In this document: in pieces, positions 45,218 to 53,927 of the stretch | Position numbering within the stretch: the first letter of the stretch is position 1 | Layout: each line of letters begins with the position of its first letter | DNA from: an uncultured Enterobacteriaceae bacterium | GTDB taxonomy: Bacteria; Pseudomonadota; Gammaproteobacteria; Burkholderiales; SG8-39 | Direction: 5' to 3' | Assembly: GCA_964477695.1 (NCBI GenBank) | Contig: CAYZFN010000212.1 | Location: forward strand, 10,974-74,973 | DNA: 64,000 nucleotides | Translations under genes and position numbers: made by a program | The notes under the pieces: model-generated | Database searches by the model: none | The model's input: only the letters and a program-made list of their open reading frames with translations | Told to the model about the DNA's origin: nothing

Positions 45218-47068
45218 CTAGCGGCCGAGCGCCTGGCGCAGGTCTTCCGCGGAGAGCGGCTTCACGAGGTGCAGGTCGAAGCCGGCCTCGCGCGAGCGCC
45301 GCCGGTCGGACTCCTGGCCAAGGCCGGTGACCGCGGCGAAGCGCACCGCCGCCAGTCCCGGCTGCTCGCGCAGCCGCCGCGCGAGCTCGAAGCCGTCCAT
45401 CCCCGGCATGCTGATGTCGAGCAGCACGACCTCGGGCGGATGCTCTCGCGCGGCGCGCAGCGCGCCCGGGCCGTCGTGCGCCACCTCGACCTCGTGGCCG
45501 AGCTCGCGCAGCACCGCCTCCAGCGTGCGCGCGGCATCGACGTTATCGTCGACGATCAGCACGCGCTTGGGCGCGTCGCTGTTCGGCCGGCCGCCGCGCG
45601 AGGCCGGCCGCGCCTCGCGCTTTGCGGGGGCGAGCGGTAGCCGCACGACGAACTCGCTGCCCCGGCCGCGCCCCTCGCTATGCGCCTCGACGCGTCCGCC
45701 CTGCAGCTCGACCAGGCTGCGCGCGAGCGCGAGCCCGATGCCTAGACCGCCGCGCGAGCGGCCCACGCTGTCCTCGGCCTGGGCGAACATCTCGAACAGC
45801 CTGGGCATCGTGTCGGGCGGAATGCCGATGCCGTTGTCCCGCACGCGGATCACCGCCTCGTTGCCCTCGCGCTCGGCGGCGAGCGAGATCCGCCCGCCCT
45901 CGTCGGTGTACTTGGCGGCGTTGTTCAGAAGGTTGGCGAATACCTGCGCGAGGCGCACGAAATCGGCGTCGACCACGACCGGCTCGGCGGGCAGGTTGAG
46001 CGTGAAGTGGTGCCGTGCCGCCTCGATCGCCGGCCGGCTGGTCTCGACCGCGCTCAGCACCACGGAGGCGAGCTCGACCGGCTCGCGGCGCACCTCGACC
46101 TTGCCGCGCGTGATGCGCGACACGTCCATCAGATCGTCCACCAGCCGCACCAGGTGGTCGACCTGCCGCTCCATGATGGCGCGCGCCCGCGCCGCCGGCT
46201 CGCTCGCCGGGTCGACCATGTGCAGCAGCTGCAGGCCGTTGCGGATCGGTGCAAGAGGGTTGCGCAGCTCGTGCGCGAGCATGGCGAGGAAGCGGTCCTT
46301 CTGCCGGCTCGCCTCCTCGAGCGCGCGCAGCATCTGCCGGCGCTCGCCGATGTCGCGCGCTACCTTGGATGCGCCGACGATGCGGCCCGCCGCGTCGCGG
46401 ATCGGCGAGACGGTGAGCGAGATGTCGAGCCGACGCCCGTCCTTCGCCACGCGCACGGTATCGAAGTGCTCGATGCGCTCGCCCCGGCGCAGCCGGGCGA
46501 GGATCGAGCGCTCCTCCGCGTGCCGCTCCGGCGGGATGATGAGCAGAATCGGCCGGCCGACCGCCTCCCCGGCGGTCCAGCCGAAGATGCGCTGCGCGCC
46601 GGCGTTCCACGACTCGATGATGCCGTCGAGCGACTTGCTGACGATCGCGTCGTCGGAGGATTCGACGATCGCCGCGAGCCGCGCCTGCAGCTCGTCGCGG
46701 CGCTTGAATTCCGTGATGTCGCGGAAGTAGACCGCCACGCCGCCGTTGCTCACCGGCGAGGCGCTGATCTCGAACCAATGCCCGTAGTGCTCGTAGAAGT
46801 ACTCCATGCGCTCCGGCTGCCGGTGCACGATCACGCGCTGGTACATGTGGTCCACCGGGTTGCCCACTGCGTGCGGAAACGCTTCCTGCCAGGTCTTGCC
46901 GAGCACGTCGGCGCGCTTGCGCCCGGTAATGCGCTCGGCCGCCGCATTCATATGGGTCATGCGCCAGTCCGGGCCGTAGGCGACGAACCCTTCGAACAGT
47001 CCCTCGAGGAAATCGCTCGCCTCCGCCTGCAGGCGCCGCGCGCGCTCGAGAGCGGCCTCTTCGCTCAA
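45218..47068 (-). CDS. Hybrid sensor histidine kinase (PAS-PAS-HisKA-HATPase-REC)
   Basis: H-box MLAHELRNPLAPI; G-boxes DNGIGIPP, GLGIGLALARSLVELQGG. C-terminal REC VLIVDDN..LLDISMPGMDG..KP. A paralogue of the 6586-8514 kinase. Proposed TTG start at 47068 forms a TTGA overlap with the MEDS gene stop; the longer 696-aa ORF overlaps that gene by 244 nt. Confidence 0.85.
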   Translation of the reverse strand: MSEEAALERARRLQAEASDFLEGLFEGFVAYGPDWRMTHMNAAAERITGRKRADVLGKTWQEAFPHAVGNPVDHMYQRVIVHRQPERMEYFYEHYGHWFEISASPVSNGGVAVYFRDITEFKRRDELQARLAAIVESSDDAIVSKSLDGIIESWNAGAQRIFGWTAGEAVGRPILLIIPPERHAEERSILARLRRGERIEHFDTVRVAKDGRRLDISLTVSPIRDAAGRIVGASKVARDIGERRQMLRALEEASRQKDRFLAMLAHELRNPLAPIRNGLQLLHMVDPASEPAARARAIMERQVDHLVRLVDDLMDVSRITRGKVEVRREPVELASVVLSAVETSRPAIEAARHHFTLNLPAEPVVVDADFVRLAQVFANLLNNAAKYTDEGGRISLAAEREGNEAVIRVRDNGIGIPPDTMPRLFEMFAQAEDSVGRSRGGLGIGLALARSLVELQGGRVEAHSEGRGRGSEFVVRLPLAPAKREARPASRGGRPNSDAPKRVLIVDDNVDAARTLEAVLRELGHEVEVAHDGPGALRAAREHPPEVVLLDISMPGMDGFELARRLREQPGLAAVRFAAVTGLGQESDRRRSREAGFDLHLVKPLSAEDLRQALGR

Positions 47069-47838
47069 GAACGGGCCCTCACGCCCGCCAGAACCTTTTC
47101 CGCGGTGAGCGGCATGTTCTTCTTCAGCCAGAGCAGCGCCGCCTGGCCGAGCGGCATGTCGGTCGCGCGGCGCTCGCCGGCGGCAAGCGACAGGAGCAGG
47201 CGCGACAGCGGCGTGTCGAGCGCGTCGCGCGCCGCCTGCGCTACCGCTTCGTCGAAGCGCGCATAGTCGCGCGCGGGAATGAGGTGGGTGTGGACCTTGC
47301 AAACGCACTCGAGCGGTCCGCCGTAGGAGCGCTCGTCGAGGTTGTCCATGTAGTACGCGCAGAAGAGCGAAAAGGTCTGCAGGCGCGCGAGCTGGTTCCA
47401 GTACTCCTCCAGGCGAATCGCGGCGTCACGCTGGCCTTGCTGCCACAGCACGTCCACCATCTCACCATAGGCCCGCACGGCGGGATATCGCAGCCGCAGG
47501 CTGGCAATCGCGCCACCGACGGCCGTGTGGAAAGCCGTCCATTCCGGTCGACCGTCGCGCATGAAGCTCGCGAGCGTCTGCTCCGTGTCGAGGAACACCA
47601 GCTGCCCGGCCGCCACGAGGGCCGCCACGTCGGTACCGGATGCGCGCAAGGCGGCTTCGAACGCAGCACGATGCGGCGGCGTCGCGACGAGCAGCGCCGC
47701 GTCGCCGGCCTGCAGGCCGGCGGCGATGTATTGCGTTACCGCTTCGGCGAGGGAATCGACGTCCTGATAGACCTGCACGATGTGGTCACCGAGCGCGGGC
47801 CGCGCGAGCAGCTCGCTCCAGTCACGCCTTGCGCTCAC
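47065..47838 (-). CDS. MEDS-domain (DcmR-like sensory) protein
   Basis: ..GDHIVQVYQDVDSLAEAVTQYIAAGLQAGDAALLVATP..RAYGEMVDVLW.. follows the MEDS pattern. GTG start. Confidence 0.7.
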   Translation of the reverse strand: MSARRDWSELLARPALGDHIVQVYQDVDSLAEAVTQYIAAGLQAGDAALLVATPPHRAAFEAALRASGTDVAALVAAGQLVFLDTEQTLASFMRDGRPEWTAFHTAVGGAIASLRLRYPAVRAYGEMVDVLWQQGQRDAAIRLEEYWNQLARLQTFSLFCAYYMDNLDERSYGGPLECVCKVHTHLIPARDYARFDEAVAQAARDALDTPLSRLLLSLAAGERRATDMPLGQAALLWLKKNMPLTAEKVLAGVRARS

Positions 47839-47927
47839 GAGCCGCTCCCCGAAACAAACGATGCGGCGATTCTATCGAGCACTGCCGTTCCACTTCTATC
47901 GCCGCCCTGTCGGGAAATCCCCGACGG

Positions 47928-50102
47928 CTAGAGCAGCACCTCGACTTCGGCTTTGCCCTCGCGCGACACGAGGTTCACGGCGACGCTCGAATCGTGACGC
48001 CGCACCATCAGGTCGACGCGCGCCTCGCCGAGCGGCAGCCGCTTGATGGAAAGCCACTCGATGAAGTGCGGCAGCCGCGGCCGCCTCATCACCAGGCGTG
48101 AGGCGGCGCAGTCGATGTCGATGCCGAGGCAGGCCTGCAGGAGCGCGAAGGGCGCGACTGCCGCCCACGCCTGCGGCGCGCAGGCGACGGGGTAGAGGGT
48201 CGGCGCCTTGCCGCGCTTGCGCTCGAAGCCGCAGAACAGCTCGGGCAGCCGTCGCAGGTGCATGTGCGAAGCCGCGTCGAAGAGCGCAGTGGTAAGCGCG
48301 AGGGCTTCCTGCGAATGCCCGTAGCGCGAAAGGCCGAGGCCGAGGAGCGCGTTGTCGTGCGGCCATACCGAGCCGTTGTGGTACGAGGCGGGGTTGTAGC
48401 GCCGCTCGCGCGCCGAGACCGTGCGAACGCCCCAGCCGGTGAAGAAGTCGGGCTCGAGCAGTCCCCGGGCGATGCGCGCCGCGCGCTCGGGCGCGGCGAT
48501 GCCGGTGAAGAGCAGCTGCGCGGCGTTGGACGTGCGCACCTCGCAGCGCTGCTTGTGCCCGTCGAGCGCGAGCGCATAGGTCCCGAGCTCGTCGCACCAG
48601 AACGATTCCTCGAAGCGCCGCTGCAGCTTCTCGGCTTTCAGCGCCAGGTCGGCCGACAGCGGATAGTCGTTCATGTCGACGGCGAGTTGCGCCGCGAGGC
48701 GCAGCGCGAGGTAGACATAGCCCTGCACCTCGCACAGTGCGATCGGCGGCTCGGCGAGCCGGCCGTCGGCGTGGAACACCGAGTCGTCGGAGTCCTTCCA
48801 GCCCTGGTTGCAGAGCCCCGTGCTGCGCCGCCTGCCGTACTCGATGAAGCCGTCGCCGTCCCGGTCGCCGTAGCGCTCGATCCATTCGAGCGCGGCGCGC
48901 ACGTTCGGCCAGATCGCCTCCAGCGTCGCGCGGTCGCGCGTACGCTGCCAGTACTGCCCGGCGAGCGCGACGAAGAGCGGCGTCGAGTCGATCGATCCGT
49001 AGTAGCGCGCGAACGGCACCTCGCCGAGCCGCGCCAGCTCGCATTCACGCACCTCGTGCAGGATCTTGCCCGGCTCGGCGTCCGCCGCCGCGTCCTCGTC
49101 CTGCGCCTGGTGCGCGGCGAGGAAGCGCAGCACGCCGCGCGCCACGGCCGGCTCGAGCCACAGCACCTCCATCGCCGTGAGCAGTCCGTCGCGGCCGAAC
49201 GCCGTGGAGAACCACGGCACGCCCGCGTAGGGATAAGGCCCGTACGGCGTCTCGGTCGTGAGCATCTCGACGTCGGCGCTCGAGCGCTCGAGCACGCCGT
49301 TGAAGAGCGGGTTCGAGGTCTCGATGAGCGGCGCCGCAGCGCGCGACGCGGCGAGCTTGCGGCGCGCGGCGCGGCGCGTGACGAAGAAGCGCCGCTCGAC
49401 CGGCGGGCGCGCTGAGCCCTCGACGCACTGCACCGTCATGGAGATCGGGCGGCGCTCCTTTGCGGCGAGCAGCAGCTCGAGCTCGGCCGCTTCCTCGGTG
49501 AGCCGCGCCGGCTGCGGCCCGAACGTGACGCGCGTGCTGCGCGGCAGACCGTCGAGCGATTCGTAGAAAAAGCCGACCTCAGCCGGGCCGAGCACGCGCG
49601 CGCTGACCGTGCCGCGCCGCGCACGCCGGTAGCCGCGGATCTCGAACAGGTCGGCGAAGTCGGCGGCGAACTCGATCGCCAGGCGCAGCCGCTGCCGGTG
49701 GTTGGCATAGCTCGTGACCGTGAACAGCTCGTGGCAGGACGCCTCCCAGAGAAACTTCGCCCGCGCGATGTGGAACGTGTCCTTGGCGAGCGCGAGGCGG
49801 CCTTCGGCATCGAACAGGTCCGGGTTGGTGAGGTCGACGTCGAGTATCACGTTGTCGGTCTGCACCGTCGAGGAGAGGACCAGCGGCCGATGGCCCTCGA
49901 GCGTGAACACTAGGCGCGAGAGGTAGCGCGTGTCGTGGTGGAAGAGTCCCGTCGGGTGATGCTCGAGCGGCAGCACGTCGCCGAACTCGTCGAACATCGC
50001 GAAGGTGTCGTCGTGCTTGAGCGTGCGCCGGCTCGACGCGGCGAGCGACACCACGCCCGGAACGAGCACCGGCCCGGTTGCTTCCTGGGCTTCGCGCTTC
50101 AT
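47928..50102 (-). CDS. Amylo-alpha-1,6-glucosidase / glycogen-debranching-enzyme-like protein (GDE_N_bis plus GDE_C)
   Basis: ..LKHDDTFAMFDEFGD.., ..YAGVPWFSTAFGRDG.., ..GKILHE.., ..NQGWKDS.., ..YHNGSVWPHDN.. are the family blocks. Confidence 0.85.
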   Translation of the reverse strand: MKREAQEATGPVLVPGVVSLAASSRRTLKHDDTFAMFDEFGDVLPLEHHPTGLFHHDTRYLSRLVFTLEGHRPLVLSSTVQTDNVILDVDLTNPDLFDAEGRLALAKDTFHIARAKFLWEASCHELFTVTSYANHRQRLRLAIEFAADFADLFEIRGYRRARRGTVSARVLGPAEVGFFYESLDGLPRSTRVTFGPQPARLTEEAAELELLLAAKERRPISMTVQCVEGSARPPVERRFFVTRRAARRKLAASRAAAPLIETSNPLFNGVLERSSADVEMLTTETPYGPYPYAGVPWFSTAFGRDGLLTAMEVLWLEPAVARGVLRFLAAHQAQDEDAAADAEPGKILHEVRECELARLGEVPFARYYGSIDSTPLFVALAGQYWQRTRDRATLEAIWPNVRAALEWIERYGDRDGDGFIEYGRRRSTGLCNQGWKDSDDSVFHADGRLAEPPIALCEVQGYVYLALRLAAQLAVDMNDYPLSADLALKAEKLQRRFEESFWCDELGTYALALDGHKQRCEVRTSNAAQLLFTGIAAPERAARIARGLLEPDFFTGWGVRTVSARERRYNPASYHNGSVWPHDNALLGLGLSRYGHSQEALALTTALFDAASHMHLRRLPELFCGFERKRGKAPTLYPVACAPQAWAAVAPFALLQACLGIDIDCAASRLVMRRPRLPHFIEWLSIKRLPLGEARVDLMVRRHDSSVAVNLVSREGKAEVEVLL

Positions 50103-50112
50103 GGCGGCGGCT

Positions 50113-51168
50113 TCATACCGCCGCGAGAGCGCGCCGCCGGCCGAGCGCGCGGTAGACCGAGAGATAGTCGCGCGTCATGCGCGCCGCCGAGAAACGCGCC
50201 TCGAAGCGCTCGCGCACGCGGCCGCGGTCGAGACGCGCCGCGCTTTCCAGCGCGGCGGCCGCAGCGTCGATCGAGTCGACGATGAACCCGGTCACGCCGT
50301 GCTCGACGATCTCGGGCACCGCGCCGTTGCGCCAGGCGATCACCGGCGTGCCGCACGACATGGCCTCGATCATGGCCAGGCCGAAGGGCTCGGGCCAGGC
50401 AATCGGAAAAAGGAGCGCCGTCGCGTTGCCGAGCAGCGCCGGCTTGCCGGCCTCGCCCACCTCGCCGAGGAATTCCACGCCGGGGGTCGCGAGCAGCGGC
50501 TCGATGCGCGCATCGAAGTACCCCTGGTCGACGGCATCGATCTTCGCGGCGATGCGCAGGCGCGCGCCGCCGCGGCGCACGATCTCGATCGCCCGCTCGA
50601 GGCCTTTTTCCGGAGACACCCGGCCGAGGAAAGCGAAATAGCCGCCGCGCGGCGGCGGATGAAACGCGGGATTGAACGGGCAGATCTCCTGCGCGAGGCC
50701 GTGATGGACGGTCGCGACCCAGTTGGCAAAGGCGAGCGGCGCGCGCTGGCTGTCGGAGATCGAGACGAGCGGCAGGTCGGCGAACTCGCGGTACAGCGCC
50801 CCGAGCGCGTCGACATCGAGCCGGCCGTGCAGCGTCGTGACGGTCTTGCGCGCGAACGGCCGGAAAAGCGGCAGGTGCAGGTGGTCGGTGTGGAAGTGCA
50901 GCACGTCGAATTCGCCGGCGCGCTGGCGCACCTTCTCCAGCATCAGCGTGTAATGGGGAATCGGATCCTGGACCGCCGAGAGGCGGAGCGAGCGCGGCAC
51001 GCAGGGCACCAGCTCGGCGCTCGTTTCCGAATCGGCCGTGGCGAAGAGCGTCACGTCGTGCCCCAGGCGCACCAGCTCCTCGGTGAGGTACGACACCACC
51101 CGTTCGGTTCCGCCGTAGAGCCGAGGGGGCACGCTTTCGGCGAGCGGGGCGATCTGCGCGATCTTCAT
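50113..51168 (-). CDS. GT4-family glycosyltransferase
   Basis: The N-terminus MKIAQIAPLAESVPPRLYGGTERVVSYL is typical, and the C-terminal E-x7-E region has ..PEPFGLAMIEAMSCGTPVIA... No SD precedes ATG 51168. Confidence 0.9.
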   Translation of the reverse strand: MKIAQIAPLAESVPPRLYGGTERVVSYLTEELVRLGHDVTLFATADSETSAELVPCVPRSLRLSAVQDPIPHYTLMLEKVRQRAGEFDVLHFHTDHLHLPLFRPFARKTVTTLHGRLDVDALGALYREFADLPLVSISDSQRAPLAFANWVATVHHGLAQEICPFNPAFHPPPRGGYFAFLGRVSPEKGLERAIEIVRRGGARLRIAAKIDAVDQGYFDARIEPLLATPGVEFLGEVGEAGKPALLGNATALLFPIAWPEPFGLAMIEAMSCGTPVIAWRNGAVPEIVEHGVTGFIVDSIDAAAAALESAARLDRGRVRERFEARFSAARMTRDYLSVYRALGRRRALAAV

Positions 51169-51186
51169 CGGAACCCAAAACCGATT

Positions 51187-51202
51187 TGCAATCCGCATGC
51201 CC
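51187..51202 (-). promoter_or_regulatory. Weak sigma-54-type promoter candidate GGGCAT-GCGGA-TTGCA
   Basis: Correct GG-N10-GC spacing and a perfect -12 element TTGCA; the -24 element matches only GGCA. Predicted +1 is near 51176, 8 nt before the SD-less ATG 51168. Confidence 0.3.
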
Positions 51203-51417
51203 GGCGCGGCGCTTGCTCGGGCCAGACCCTATTGCATGCGCGCCTCTCCTTTCCCGAGTGGGACCCGTCCCGAGCGCCCGCCGGCGCGGTCAGTTTCGAC
51301 CCCGCGGCCCTCTTGGCGCTGCGGGGGGCTAGTCCCCTGCGGCATAATGGGCTATAAGGTGCCGCTCGCGAGGGCACTTCTCAAAAGGGCGCTGCTGGAC
51401 GCTCGCACACTAAAGCG

Positions 51418-52074
51418 ATGCATATCGAATCGGTAAAAGCGGCTTACCGCCGCTACGCCCGCGTCTATGACGCGGTATTCGGCCCGATGCTGCAGCCGGG
51501 ACGCAAGGCGCTGCTCAAGGCGCTCGACTGCAGGCCCGGCGACCGGGTGCTGGAAGTCGGCGTGGGCACGGGGCTCGCGCTGCCCATGTATCCGCCCGGC
51601 GTGCGCGTCACGGGCATCGACGTGTCGCGCGAAATGCTCGAGCGGGCGCGCGAGCGGGTCGGCCGGCGCGGGCTGAAGAACGTCGAAGCGCTGCACGAGA
51701 TGAACGCCGAGGAGATGAGCTTCCCGGATGCGACCTTCGACAAGGTGGTCGCCATGTATGTCGTGTCGGTGGTCGATCGGCCGGCGCAGCTGATCGAAGA
51801 GCTGCACCGCGTGTGCAAGCCCGACGGCGAGATCTTCCTCGTCAACCACGTGCATTCCAAGAACCCCCTGATGGGCGCGCTCGAGAAAGGCCTGGCGCGC
51901 TTCTCCGACACGCTCGGCTGGCATCCGGACTTCGAGCTGGCGCAGATGGCTTCCGAGGTCGGGCAGGTGACCGAGGTGTCGCGCGTCGCCTTCTTCTGGA
52001 AGGTGATGCGGCTGAAGAACGGCGTCATGCACCGGCGCGCCCAGGCGCGCGACCCGATCGTCGCTAGGACCTGA
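51418..52074 (+). CDS. Class I SAM-dependent methyltransferase (PmtA-like phospholipid N-methyltransferase candidate)
   Basis: SAM motif I VLEVGVGTGLAL, ..VTGIDVSREML.., ..FDKVVAMYVV... The size and N-terminus (..YRRYARVYD..) resemble Rhodobacter-type PmtA. Confidence 0.8.
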   Translation: MHIESVKAAYRRYARVYDAVFGPMLQPGRKALLKALDCRPGDRVLEVGVGTGLALPMYPPGVRVTGIDVSREMLERARERVGRRGLKNVEALHEMNAEEMSFPDATFDKVVAMYVVSVVDRPAQLIEELHRVCKPDGEIFLVNHVHSKNPLMGALEKGLARFSDTLGWHPDFELAQMASEVGQVTEVSRVAFFWKVMRLKNGVMHRRAQARDPIVART

Positions 52075-52918
52075 GCAGGAAGAGCGGCGCGCCGCCGATT
52101 CCCTGCAGCACCGCCGAGAGGCCGTAGAGCAGCGCGGCGGCGGTCGCCTGGTCCGCAGCCACGCCGATCGCGCCGAGCACCACCACGGCCGCGGCTTCGC
52201 GCGCGCCGAATCCTCCCCAGCCGAGCGGCACGGCGCCCATGATGAAGATCGGCGCGGCCGCGGCGAGCATCACCGCATACGAGAGGTTGATGCCGGCGGC
52301 GAAGGCGAAGCACCATAGCGCGGCGGCCGAGAACACCTGCACTAGCACCGAGAGCCAGGCCGAGGCAACGAGCGCGCGGCGCGCGCCGAGCGCCTGGCGG
52401 CGCAGTGTCTCCAGGCGCGCAAAGGGCAGCGGCAGCCACGGCGCCGCCAGCGCGGCGGCGAGTCCTGCTATGTACAGCCCGACCGCCTTGCCCGGCACCA
52501 GGAGATCCGTCGCGAGCGCGGCGAGCAGCGAGACGAGCGACATGGCGCAGAGGATCCACAGGCCGCTCAGCCGGTCGAGCACGACCGAGGCCGCGGCCGC
52601 GCCGCCGGAATTGCCGGGCAGCCGGGCGAGCTGGTAGCCGCGCAGCACGTCGCCCGACACGGTCGCCCCGGGAAGGAGCACGTTCATCGCCATGCCGCGG
52701 AAGTACATCGCTGCAGCGCGCGGCAGCGGCGCCGCGAGGCCGAGCGCGCGCGCGATCGCCGCCCAGCGCGCCGCCGAGAAGAGGTTCGAGACGATGGAGG
52801 CGGCGAGGCCGAGCGCAAAGAAGCCGCGCTCGACGCCCTGCAGCTGCGCGGCGATCGCCACCGGGTCCGCGTACCAGAGCACCGCGCCGAGCAGCACGAG
52901 GCCGCCGGCAATGCGCAG
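52064..52918 (-). CDS. UPF0104 / lysyl-PG-synthase-TM-like (flippase-like) membrane protein
   Basis: About 8 TM helices, with ..RWAAIARALG..MYFRGMAMNVLLPGATVSGDVLRGY.. typical of the family. No ATG/GTG/TTG start is available after the upstream stop; CTG 52918 is assumed. Confidence 0.65.
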   Translation of the reverse strand: MRIAGGLVLLGAVLWYADPVAIAAQLQGVERGFFALGLAASIVSNLFSAARWAAIARALGLAAPLPRAAAMYFRGMAMNVLLPGATVSGDVLRGYQLARLPGNSGGAAAASVVLDRLSGLWILCAMSLVSLLAALATDLLVPGKAVGLYIAGLAAALAAPWLPLPFARLETLRRQALGARRALVASAWLSVLVQVFSAAALWCFAFAAGINLSYAVMLAAAAPIFIMGAVPLGWGGFGAREAAAVVVLGAIGVAADQATAAALLYGLSAVLQGIGGAPLFLLRS

Positions 52919-52920
52919 CG

Positions 52921-53919
52921 CTAGCTTCGGCTTCGGGCCCAGGCTCGCGGTTCTTCTTTCTCTTCCTTCGGGCGCGGGCGCGGCGCGGCGCGCAGCAGGT
53001 ACTGCGCGCGGCCCTGCGGCTCGTGGTAGACGCGGGTGAGCAGCTCGCCGATCAGCCCGGTGGCGACGAGCTGCACGCCGATCAGCACGAGCAGCACGCC
53101 GAGGAGCAATAGCGGCCGGCCGCCGATGTCCTGACCGAGCGCGAGCTTGTCGAACGCGAGCCACGCCAGGATCACGGCACCGGCCAGCCCGAGCGCGAAG
53201 CCCAGGCCGCCGAACGCCTGCATCGGCCGGTGCAGGAAGCGCATCAGGAAGCGGATCCACAGCAGGTCGAGCAGCACGCGCACGGTGCGATCGAGGCCGT
53301 ACTTCGACTTGCCGCGCGTGCGCGCGTGGTGGCGCACCGGCACCTCGACGATGTTCGCGCCGACCTCGGCGGCGAGCGCGGGGATGAAGCGGTGCAGCTC
53401 GCCGTAGAGCCGCAGGTCGCGGATCACTGCCGCGCGGTAGAGCTTGAGCGCGCAGCCGTAGTCGTGCAGCTTTACTCCGGTGACACGCGAAATGAGCGCG
53501 TTCGCCGCCTGCGACGGGATCTTGCGCGACACGGTGCGGTCCTGGCGGTCCTTGCGCCAGCCCGAGATGACGTCGATGTCGGGGCGCGCCTCGAGCATGT
53601 CGAGCAGCGGCGGGATGTCGTCCGGATCGTTCTGCAGGTCGCCGTCGAGCGTGGCGATGACTTCGCCCTGCGCGGCGTCGAAGCCTGCCTGCAGCGCCGC
53701 CGATTGGCCGTAGTTGCGGATGAGGTAGAGCGGCTTCAGCCACGGCCGCGCCGCGGCGAGCTCGGCGAGCACCGCCGCCGAGTGGTCGCGCGAGCCGTCG
53801 TCGACCAGGATGACCTCGAAGCTGCGGCCGGAGCGCCCGAGCGCCGCGCCGACGCGCTCGGCCAGCTCGGGAAGATTTTCTTCCTCGTTATAGACCGGGA
53901 TGACGACCGAGACCTGCAT
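52921..53919 (-). CDS. GT2 polyprenyl-phosphate glycosyltransferase (ArnC/GtrB/DPM1-like)
   Basis: VSVVIPVYNEEENL..ILVDDGSRD..TLDGDLQNDP (DxD). Two C-terminal TM helices. Confidence 0.9.
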   Translation of the reverse strand: MQVSVVIPVYNEEENLPELAERVGAALGRSGRSFEVILVDDGSRDHSAAVLAELAAARPWLKPLYLIRNYGQSAALQAGFDAAQGEVIATLDGDLQNDPDDIPPLLDMLEARPDIDVISGWRKDRQDRTVSRKIPSQAANALISRVTGVKLHDYGCALKLYRAAVIRDLRLYGELHRFIPALAAEVGANIVEVPVRHHARTRGKSKYGLDRTVRVLLDLLWIRFLMRFLHRPMQAFGGLGFALGLAGAVILAWLAFDKLALGQDIGGRPLLLLGVLLVLIGVQLVATGLIGELLTRVYHEPQGRAQYLLRAAPRPRPKEEKEEPRAWARSRS

Positions 53920-53927
53920 GGCCAAGT

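Noticed and set aside
47878-47892. TGGAAC-GGCAG-TGCT upstream of the MEDS gene
   Set aside because: The GG to GC spacing is 9 nt rather than 10, which is not tolerated by sigma-54.
51203-51216. GG-N10-GC match CGGCGC-GGCGC-TTGCT on the plus strand
   Set aside because: The conserved A of the -24 element is missing. The nearest plus-strand gene is 190 nt downstream, and nothing supports a leader or sRNA.
51169-51417. 249-nt divergent spacer checked for a tRNA, riboswitch or small gene (79-aa ORF 51197-51436)
   Set aside because: There is no tRNA T-loop or acceptor pattern and no recognisable riboswitch core. The ORF is Arg/Pro/Ala-rich and overlaps the methyltransferase start. Only a weak GTGCC-N9-GGCAC palindrome (51359-51377) and a CATAAT box were seen.
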